DNA from: Nemertoderma westbladi
Lineage: Eukaryota; Animalia; Xenacoelomorpha
Direction: 5' to 3'
NCBI GenBank assembly: GCA_032718475.1
Contig: JAUCBJ010003262.1
Location: 1-54,160, forward strand
Length of the DNA: 54,160 bases
Shown here: positions 47,301 through 54,160 of the stretch, one piece after another
Layout of the letters: every line of letters begins with the position of its first letter
Numbering within the stretch: position 1 is the first letter of the stretch
Program-made: the position numbers and the translations under genes
Notes under the pieces: generated by a model
Told to the model about the DNA's origin: nothing
The model's input: only the letters and a program-made list of their open reading frames with translations
Database searches by the model: none

Positions 47301-50197
47301 TACGCTAGTTCGAAAGCGTCCGGTACACCGACGAAAGTCTCCGCCAAACGTTTAGGTTCTCCTGACAACGTTTGAAGCAGGTAATTGAACTTCTCCCGTG
47401 ATGTAAAGGCGCACACGGCGATCTGGGATTCGATATAGTCTACGAAGGTATGCCAGTGTTTTGAGCTACCGGAGAACTTCGGTGGTTGTTGTACCGGCAA
47501 TCCCTGTCTGGCTGCGAATTTCGCTATCTCCTCGGCAACGTTCAGAGTTTCGCGTCCTTGGTTGGTAACTTGGTTAATATCCCTTCTTGGCGCTTTTCCC
47601 TGATACGATGTGGGGTTTGAAGGTACCGGTCTTTGTGGTTCCTTCTGGTGTCTATTGTGTTCGAATTCGGAATTTCTCGAACTGTCGGTTTGAACTTCCT
47701 CCAGACGCTCCTCGATCTGAGCCAACTTATTGACAACTGGTCGCAGAATGTCGGCGAACTGTTGTGTACTAATTGCGTCCGTTGGTTGTAACGCCTTCTG
47801 TGTTGGTGTATTCTGTGGAGGATTATCTGCAAAAGAGTTGTCTGAACGCTCGCGTTTATATTCATCGGCCGCCCCCGTTCTAAATACCTCGCGTTTCGGG
47901 TAATCCGATTCGCTCGAAGTACTACTGTCATCTGGATATGGTGGTCGACGTGCTCGCGTCCGTTGCGTCGTACTAATTCTAACGGTTCGTTTCGGAACAT
48001 CGTCTCGCTTTCGTTGTTCGGTAGGCTCACAAGTCTTCCTCGAAGTCGTAGATTGCGATGTAAACTGGTTGAATGGTCGCGTCTCCACTGTTCTCCGTTG
48101 TTCGGTAGGCTCACAAGTCTTCCTCGAAGTCGTAGATTGCGATGTAAACTGGTTGAATGGTCGCGTCTCCACTGTTCTCCGTTGTTCGGTAGGCTCACAA
48201 GTCTTCCTCGAAGTCGTAGATTGCGATGTAAACTGGTTGAATGGTCGCGTCTCCACTGTTCTCCGTTGTTCGGTAGGCTCACAAGTCTTCCTCGAAGTCG
48301 TAGATTGCGATGTAAATTGGTTTGGTGGGCGAATGACAGCATTTGAACCCAAAGGCCTTGTTGGTCGAAACGTCATTGGGTAAGCGTAGTGTGTAACGGG
48401 TTTAGGTGTCAAAGGTGGACTCACCTGTTTAGTCGTCAGTAGTGCAGGTCCGGTCAATAAACTACTACGATCCGTAATCGGTGGGTTACTTACCTTGACT
48501 TTCGGAATAGGCGACGACGTTGCTCTTGGCGGTGTAAACTCGTCCGGAATAACAAACCTGTGTTCCGTCGCACCATGGATAGGAGAAATGTTACTACTAC
48601 CCGCAATCGAAACAGGTTCCTTAGTCGTAACCGGTGCAAACATATGAGTTACCTGTGGGAATCGTTGACACACGTCTTTTACTAATTGTCGTTCCCGTCC
48701 GGGTGCTCCTACGCTTCCTTCCTTCTTCCGTTCCTGAATTTGGCGATGTCTTACCTCTAACTGGTCCAAATCATGTCCGTCACGAGATCTCATCGATCGA
48801 TCGCGGGCCTTTTGATCCAGATCTTCCTCAGCGTTCGCTAATTCTCTCGCCTTCTTCTCGAGTTCGAAATGAAGTTTAGCTGTCTTCTCTCGTTGTTCCG
48901 TTTGTTGTCGTTGCGCCTCAAACTCCGCTTGTCGTATAGCAGATTGAGCTTTTATTTGCCGTGTTCTCATTTCGGCCCGTGCTTCCGAAACTAACCTTTC
49001 TCGTTTTAATTCCGCCGCTGCCGCTGCCGTTTGTCGCTCCAGTTCGGCCGCTGCGTTTTGTCGCTCTAACTCGGCCGCCGCCGCTGCCGCTTGTCGTTCT
49101 ACCTCGGCCGCTGCCGCTGCCGCTTGTCGTTCTACCTCGGCCGCTGCCGCTGCCGCTTGTCGTTCTACCTCGGCCGCTGCCGCTGCCGCTTGTCGGGCAA
49201 TGTCTACTTCTAATCTTTCCACTTCAGCTGCTTCTAATTCAGCTTGTTCCTGTAGATGAGAGATTCTTGCTATATTCGCAACGCGTAGCTTCTCTTCCTC
49301 TACTGCTGCCTGCATCACTAGAAGTTGAGCTTGTTCTTCCATTTCTTGTCGTTGTCGGTGGAATTCTTGCTGTTGTCGAGCAACTTCTGACGTGACTATA
49401 CTTCCCTCGCAGATTTCGCTACGAATACTTACCAGCGATTGATTTAGTATTCCCGGTGCCGATTCGATTCGTACGGGTGATATTTCCCTCGTATATTCCG
49501 GCACGGTTTCCCAATCTCCGACGTCTTCGCCGCACATACGTAAGTGGTCCGTCAGGTGTTTTAATTGTCCATCCAGTCGATACAGTTCCTGTTCTTCCTC
49601 GGGTTGTAATAATTCGTCCGAAACTGACTCACCTAACAACTGGTCCGCTTGTTCCTGTTGTATCTGTCTAATCGTTGACTTAAACTGAATCAGTTTCTCT
49701 CTAGCGATCATCAGTTTCTCGAGGATTCTAAGTTGAGTATCCATGTCCTGTCTCTGTCTAGCTAGATCTTGTAGACCAATTAGGTTATCTACGGACTTGT
49801 GTACTCTACTTTGTACTCTAACCTGGAGGGTGTAGAACTCGAATCGAGACATCGGAGCGGTCAACTCGTCTAATATGCGTTGGCCTTCCCCAATACTCCT
49901 GGTTATATGCGCCATGTAACCACCGACGCTTCTAATCACACTTTCTGTGCTTCCTGCTGAACTTACCATTTCCGTTTCCCTATATCTAGGTTGCGGAACA
50001 GCCAGAAAGTCCTCGGTCCTGCCGTCGCCTCGTACTACGGCATCCGGTACTCCCGTTGGATGTACTGGTGACGCACACGGTGTAGGTTCGGTAGGCTCAC
50101 GAGTCTTCCCCTGTTGTCCTTCCGCTGCTGACTTATCCGCGTCACACGAGTCATAGTCGGTAGGTGTGTTCTTCGTATAGTCTTGTTTGTCACTCAT
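41327..50197 (-). CDS. Element 2 Gag-Pol polyprotein (2956 aa), BEL/Pao order PR-RT-RH-IN
   Basis: PKFSG capsid-like region, three zinc knuckles, ILDSAS protease, YYLPHH, RVVNDC, DVEAMFHQV, FYVDDG, HCFSDAS, PRAELQAA, WTD, NPADIASRG, HHCC, GIDCFGP, YSDQGTNF, GGVWERLI, C-terminal GPY/F-like region. Confidence 0.98.
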   Translation of the reverse strand: MSDKQDYTKNTPTDYDSCDADKSAAEGQQGKTREPTEPTPCASPVHPTGVPDAVVRGDGRTEDFLAVPQPRYRETEMVSSAGSTESVIRSVGGYMAHITRSIGEGQRILDELTAPMSRFEFYTLQVRVQSRVHKSVDNLIGLQDLARQRQDMDTQLRILEKLMIAREKLIQFKSTIRQIQQEQADQLLGESVSDELLQPEEEQELYRLDGQLKHLTDHLRMCGEDVGDWETVPEYTREISPVRIESAPGILNQSLVSIRSEICEGSIVTSEVARQQQEFHRQRQEMEEQAQLLVMQAAVEEEKLRVANIARISHLQEQAELEAAEVERLEVDIARQAAAAAAEVERQAAAAAAEVERQAAAAAAEVERQAAAAAAELERQNAAAELERQTAAAAAELKRERLVSEARAEMRTRQIKAQSAIRQAEFEAQRQQTEQREKTAKLHFELEKKARELANAEEDLDQKARDRSMRSRDGHDLDQLEVRHRQIQERKKEGSVGAPGRERQLVKDVCQRFPQVTHMFAPVTTKEPVSIAGSSNISPIHGATEHRFVIPDEFTPPRATSSPIPKVKVSNPPITDRSSLLTGPALLTTKQVSPPLTPKPVTHYAYPMTFRPTRPLGSNAVIRPPNQFTSQSTTSRKTCEPTEQRRTVETRPFNQFTSQSTTSRKTCEPTEQRRTVETRPFNQFTSQSTTSRKTCEPTEQRRTVETRPFNQFTSQSTTSRKTCEPTEQRKRDDVPKRTVRISTTQRTRARRPPYPDDSSTSSESDYPKREVFRTGAADEYKRERSDNSFADNPPQNTPTQKALQPTDAISTQQFADILRPVVNKLAQIEERLEEVQTDSSRNSEFEHNRHQKEPQRPVPSNPTSYQGKAPRRDINQVTNQGRETLNVAEEIAKFAARQGLPVQQPPKFSGSSKHWHTFVDYIESQIAVCAFTSREKFNYLLQTLSGEPKRLAETFVGVPDAFELAYDRLTSIYGGTVSMARSVIEELCKGGAITKPVDLLKLADEIKNAITTLRSIGQLDYGNTPTVLLKIIGRLHHRLRREWRKVEYQREERGGFLKLEDVYLLISREAVVETRSNYTDQHIVAEGITLPSSNRQKPQTTSTKTATYATPTESRQFSDGNRVSAPIGTKQTRQQLSTDFNGCQYCEHLGKRYIGHKLRGCRQFRELNSEERRLQIRPLDSCWRCTRHGHVRKDCPNTDTCPSCGRNHDGLLHTDSHTPTKRFAREHPEAAARCDAAYRKRESKTTPTFVTHIEDCFSEQSGSSDEESEDDDEYSNGDEQPSIALLTTDQLKGFSVIPIKVTGTKGSKRIYAILDSASSHSYVDEKIADVVTDLRQGKHVSYTVSSMHGQRAIPVTRVKLDLDSLLPKSQHSERERSLLPFRDLTFAATKDFSNLLGPVPEQSLEDRKYFRHLGVPECPVNYRSVAMLIGTDQFNLHQVWETRPSAVVAGNAYACRTPIGWYTRAPVRTLDVSDEEDDVQSTCSLLTTNSIHSFSHDVNHTTLQSTKHDRRVTNMISHKEQLTHKVSLGLGGKTNQLEIPSTTDDRLASLPTPITSTVPIDIDDDALKIHQLEQAALDKELTEKTIRWLEQDTAEPGSYDPCMSEQEKQSLKIMEDTIRQTEDGHYEVGMLWRSQSPKLINNYPLALRRLHSIRQRLLKDEKAHLQYNTQMKTYLTKGYAIRMTNPERVTDQTYYLPHHYVRHPDKSDKVRVVNDCAALFEGMSLNSELMDGPNMNNYLMGVIMRFRQRQVAFTCDVEAMFHQVKALERDRDSLRFLWYPEGDLSLPPATYQMQVRVFGARDSPNCTMYALKQAARDQKHLYDPEIIRIVERDFYVDDGLQSCDTVERATIVAHQLRDCLAGGGFNLTKFASNSAELVDSFGTTERGGGDIDLEFEPLPTTKVLGLFWDPNTDNFRVKVRLDSQGNTLTKRSCLSKLSRLFDPLGFISPVILQARIYMRSIWKDGLTWDEPISSDQVDLWKTWEAELSSLEDYFIPRVYFPLQSTFPDNLELHCFSDASDNGFGVAAYLRRQVESDEFDVSLITSKAKTMPTKYMMTPRAELQAATLSTTIVNLIQTELQSSLQIFYWTDAMLVLFYINNDTLEFKTFVANRRAEILDRSIKEDWRHCPGPQNPADIASRGMMPEEFCKPENKEFWQHGPQFLQKSTQDWPPLYDNKSNTIPKDAEIKKPKKGKTKKKTTAAKLKKKPKAKWKDITSKVKRGRLASLSTPDISPDGQPDTLLDGQPDVLTDMSQNVPPDVSNTLTNSKAAVSLLERPSIDKQPDTLPDVSPDTLLDSRLDTSNVLTNDKAAVSLLERPCIDKLPILTHLSNHKHGETSCITDVGSTYANVNTGVTLRSRDIPNLQPMVKPGINVGRKISLPKPADPIEFKPPLAIDLQSTDNQGKKTKKDKLLVDPDGSTVNKGILTGGPVGPSSNSKPSKFSIDLPDDVTNTYVDRIVNLTDSWSNACRKLAWIVRFVQYVKGKRDFTRRLTLAEIDRCEIKLIRHYQLRYFAREFTSINQGQPIKSSPILSWSPIIYNGLICHKSRLQNIDFNTNFRYPIIIPQHHELQRAMILDAHLHLKHAGRHHCLSYLRTRFVLIRPSKALSSVTRTCIICKKVHSRIGTQEMSELPQARLQAFRPPFTETGIDCFGPIHTKRGRILVKRWGLIFTCMSSRAVHIERVMDLSTNAFILALRRFIARRGLVKCLYSDQGTNFVGARNEIARAFKKLDHDQISNELQPHKIVWKFNPPDSPWRGGVWERLIRSIKTAMAKVIPVNHILTDDQLTTLFVEIEAILNTRPIVLVPDDKQSQFALTPAHLLMQAPTTLTPISIPIESDSYGRKAWKITQLLANKFWEIWQNHYLPSISARTNWYNNTRALKPGDHVLLAEVNLKRRFWITGVILATHPSMDGVTRTVTVRTIDGRTVDRPTQRLVLLEETRNESGDYKSPPNTSK
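48012..48322. repeat. 84-bp in-frame tandem repeat in gag, ~3.7 copies
   Basis: NQFTSQSTTSRKTCEPTEQRRTVETRPF repeats, essentially identical at DNA level. Confidence 0.95.
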
Positions 50198-50993
50198 TTC
50201 AGTAGTTGTAAGTCAAGTAAAGTGAGTGTCAAAGTATCGAGTTTACCGTATTTTATCTAAACGGTACTAATTACAGTCTTATAAAATTAGCCTACCGGCC
50301 GATTTTATAGCAGATGGATAAAATTAGCCTAAACGGCCAATTTTACAGCAAATAAATGTCACGGAATAAGTATATAATAAAATTAGCCTAGCGGCCAATT
50401 TTATAACAAATAAATCGGATAACGATATGCGTTATCAAAAGGTAAATTAAATACAATAATACGGACTAATTCAGCAATGAACAAAGAAATCGTACGGAAT
50501 GCATAAATACTTGAGACAGTGGAACCCACAATAATTTTAACTAATACGGTAATGCCTAATTTATTTATGCAACTTTTCGAACTCACCCACTCCAATAATT
50601 CTCCAGAAAAACAGATTCCCAGATACAAACCGAACGTGAACCTTTCCGTTTTTAACGTTGCGGACGAAACGCGATTTTCCCAACCAAAGTTGTTGGGTTA
50701 TCTATCTCCCAAACTTGCTAAACACGGTCTTGCTCCCGTTACAGCCTAGAAATGAGTTCTGAATCCTGAAAAAACAAAAGAGTTAGGTTTTACTTTACGA
50801 AAAATTTTGTACCGGTACAATATGGTATTTAAACCCCTTTAAACACCGGTATTCAATTCCAAAAATATTACACGCGGTTCAAATCAAATTTTATTTCAAA
50901 ATATTAGCACTTAGCTAATCAAATATAAACTTTTACCTCAAAATACAAAATTTTCAAATAACTTTAGTCCTACCGAACCGTAGTTCAGTAAAA

Positions 50994-51004
50994 CACATTC
51001 CTAC
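50994..51004 (-). promoter_or_regulatory. Element 2 PBS position, non-tRNA (sense GTAGGAATGTG), complementary to LTR 52053-52063
   Basis: Flush with the 5' LTR end; no TGG; 11/11 complement inside its own LTR. Confidence 0.8.
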
Positions 51005-52507
51005 TAATTGAAGAGATACGCCTATTCCTACTATCGGAAGAGACGGTAACAATACCTGCAATATCCTACTGTAAAGTTTGTAAATCAAATCATAAATCCG
51101 ACCTCCTCACCAAAACAGTAAACTCTAAGTAAGCGAATATATTGCAGTATCGATCTCTTATAACCGGTGAGGCAGAAAACAGTCTACGAGCAGACAAACT
51201 TCGATAAAACAAAATCCCGCGCAGCGAATCCTAAAATCAGGCTGACTCACTGACGGACTAAGGGGCTCGTATACTTTGCCGCGGTGTGATTTATATGGTT
51301 GGGCAAAGGGACGCTAGCTAGGTATAGAGCAGATTTGGAGATGTCTAACTAGCGGGCAAAGCACAGTACGGACAAAGTTAATTTTATATATTTCGAGGTG
51401 TAAATAATTTCTAACGCGCGTGTGTTAATTCTGAACGGTCAAAACAGTTTTGCTCCTTCACATATATAATTACTGGGTACGGTGTGCATTTTACGAATAT
51501 TCTAATTTTGTAACTTGTAGGTCCAATACTCACGAATGGTAAGGTTCCTTCCCCTCTTGCGTATTTCCAGGACTCAAATTCAGGCATAAGGTTAATACTA
51601 CGCCCAGAATTCGGCAATTTTAGGTACCAGGTCCCTGATACTAAGAAGAGATGTGTTAGTTTACTACTGTAGGCGTACAGGTACTAATAGCTATCCTGGC
51701 TCCTATCTAGAATTTTAGTCACCCAGGTAGTCCGGGTAACTTCCTATTAGGGCGTTGGCGGGGACACGGTAGATGTTAGTATATCCCTGATAGCCTCAAT
51801 TTATTTGCGCCTAGTGTAAACTGCCCTACCGCCTGAACGGTACAATCCCAATTCAGGTGAAAACACAGCAACCCCCCTAGCCTACAAGTTCTGATGTAAT
51901 GGACACTGTCGTACTGCAAATAGTCGCACACACACCTGTACTTAGCAAGAGTTAAGCGTACAGTTTGCTGCACCCTAACCAATGTGTATGCCTTGTACCG
52001 GTGTGCCTACGTCCTATCTGCGTACTAGTATCTGCTCTCTCTCCCTCCCCCCGTAGGAATGTGAAGGTCTACTGTGGGTTTTCCTGAATCAAGACAGTAC
52101 AGTCCCTATGATGTAATTTTAGGCTTGCAGCGTGTCACTACGTCTACCTTTTGATCTTTTGGTCTTATACTTAGGTAGCAAGGATCGAACGCTGTCTAAC
52201 CTTTCAGGCGATGGGCGAATAACTTTAAATGGTATTGCGGGTTGTCTCTCGTCTACATTCCCGTGATGTTCCCGTTCATTGCTGCGGCCCGATCTCTAGC
52301 CGGCCATCCTGTCCCTGAGTTTGTTCACCGTAGTGAATTCATAGTAAAACAGAAAAGCTGAGAGAATATTCTGACTTTATTACAGAAGACACAATTATAA
52401 TACAATGTAATCTGAGAATAAACTAAGCACGACAGAATATTGATAAGATAATCTGAGAAAGATTGAGATATAAGATTGAGATTGTGATAACTAATGAACG
52501 AATCGCA

Positions 52508-52657
52508 CCTTTATATACTAAATTTGTGCTGCAATCAATCGAGAAAATTCTCGATTGTTCTATGGGTTCTAACAAGGTTTTAAAGATAGCTTATTGGTCC
52601 AGCTAATATATAACTTGCACGACATTGGTTACAATCAAATAACTACAGCCTTATTGG
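52508..52657 (-). promoter_or_regulatory. Candidate Pol II promoter in LTR: three CCAAT boxes and TATATAAAGG
   Basis: Sense CCAAT at 52653-57, 52624-28 and 52593-97; TATA at 52508-52517; TCATTAGTT follows. Confidence 0.6.
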
Positions 52658-52714
52658 TACAGACAAATGCAATTAATTTGTAGCGGTTAATTTAAATGAG
52701 TTGAAATTCTGCAC

Positions 52715-52801
52715 AAAAAATAATTCGCACTTACTAGGATTCGAACTCGATACCTACTACACATATAATTTCCAACGCTCTACCAACTGAGCTACTGAAC
52801 C
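52715..52801 (-). ncRNA. tRNA-like Pol III cassette in U3 (5' LTR copy)
   Basis: Same sequence as 37896-37982. Confidence 0.8.
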
Positions 52802-53510
52802 ACTTGACCGATAGATACACAATAGATAGAACCAATACTAATGAGAACTCAAAGCAATCTTTACAAAGTTAATTCGAATAAAATAAAATTTTGAAAATCC
52901 ACGGCATTTAGGGAATATAATTCTATAGTTAGTATTACCTGTAAACGCAATAATAACAAATAATCACATACAATATAGCTAACACACTTGCGCACATGTT
53001 AGACATTTTGGAATTCAAAATTCTAAAGGGCTCCATAAGTTTTTGATATTTTGGTATAAATTGCTTCTAAAATAAGTACGGGTCTGTAGTTAGAATCATG
53101 TATCAATACAAATTGAACAAAATATAGCCAAATGCAGAACTATAAGAACAAAATTTAGATTCAAGAAAGCGGAACTCTAAGTACAAAATATAGCCATGGG
53201 TGGTACTCTACAGTAAGAACAAAGTCTAGCTACAGGGTTACAGCTACATTAAAGTAAAGTTCACTTACAGTACGTCATGACGAATAATTAAAGACCTGTT
53301 TTTTCTACAGTACATTTTGAGCAACTCTATCAGCAACTTAGTGAGCATGTCAGGTTGCCGATCAAGTTGCTCTATGTAAACGCGAAGTTTGTTGCTGTAA
53401 AAGATGCCTCATATAACGGAGACTAAAAGTTAATGTTACTCAAATTAAGTTGCTAGTTGCTGGCCAAATTGTCCAAAACGTCCGGCAACCTAGAGTAACT
53501 TATAGCAACT

Positions 53511-54160
53511 TGGACACAAACATTAAATGAGGGACATATATTTATCAGCGCCACAAACATTAATGTGGGACAAACATTAATCAGGGGGACAAACATTAAT
53601 GTGGGACATAAACATTGATGTAGGACACAAACATTAATGTGGGACATAAACATTGATATAGGACACAAACATTAATGAGGGACACAAACATTAATGAGGG
53701 ACACAAATATTAATGAGGGACACAAACATTAATGAGGGACACAAACATTAATGAGGGACACAAATATTAATGATGTACACAAACATTAATGAAGGACACA
53801 AACATTAATGAGGGACACAACATTAATGAAGGACACATAAGCGAGGGACAGATATCAATCAAGGGCACAAACATTAATGAGGGACACAAACATTAATGAG
53901 GGACACAAACATTAATGAGGGACGCAAACATTAATGAGGTACACAAACATTAATGAGGGACACAAACATTAATGAGGTACATAAACAATAATGAGGGGCA
54001 CAAACATTAATGAGGGACACAAACATTAATGAGGGACACAAATATTAATGAGGGACACAAACATTAATGAGGGACACAAACATTAATGAGGGACACAAAT
54101 ATTAATGATGTACACAAACATTAATGAAGGACACAAACATTAATGAGGGACACAACATTA
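53511..54160. repeat. Minisatellite, 19-bp unit (GAGGGACACAAACATTAAT), running off the window end
   Basis: Unit read directly; more than 30 copies. Confidence 0.96.

Larger units (their letters stand above)
36185..52927 (-). mobile_element. Element 2: full-length, apparently intact BEL/Pao LTR retrotransposon (16.7 kb) with accessory ORFs
   Basis: 1924/1923-bp LTRs; 5-bp TSD GTTAG (36180-36184, 52928-52932); uninterrupted gag-PR-RT-RH-IN ORF. Confidence 0.97.
51005..52927 (-). repeat. Element 2 5' LTR
   Basis: Matches 36185-38108. Confidence 0.97.

Noticed and set aside
47542-49395. Alternative-frame and antisense ORFs over the gag repeats (also 29089-29433)
   Set aside because: Kept open by in-frame tandem repeats; no independent coding signal
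53511-54160. Regular repeat arrays (also 1494-2130 and 19975-20482) as possible CRISPR arrays
   Set aside because: No unique spacers, no cas genes, eukaryotic context

Overview
AT-rich animal (invertebrate-like) genomic DNA. It holds one host gene, a four-jointed Golgi kinase whose CDS lies in one ORF (9174-10415, +), among MITEs, a SINE, LINE fragments and minisatellites. Two young minus-strand BEL/Pao LTR retrotransposons dominate the window. Element 1 (21270-33162) has 1244-bp LTRs and TSD AATAC; it keeps gag-protease but has lost RT and integrase. Element 2 (36185-52927) has ~1.92-kb LTRs, TSD GTTAG and an intact 2956-aa gag-pol. Main observation: neither element has a tRNA-type primer-binding site. 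In both, the 11-12 nt flush against the 5' LTR are perfectly complementary to a segment of the element's own LTR. This is the geometry of Tf1-type self-primed reverse transcription, which I know only from Ty3/Gypsy elements. Element 2 also has TA...TA termini and a tRNA-like Pol III cassette in U3. It carries an env-position cassette that is not env-like (splice acceptor, candidate -1 frameshift, triple zinc-knuckle protein) and a hairpin motif repeated 4-5 times. All coordinates and comparisons were made by eye; no searches or folding programs were run.
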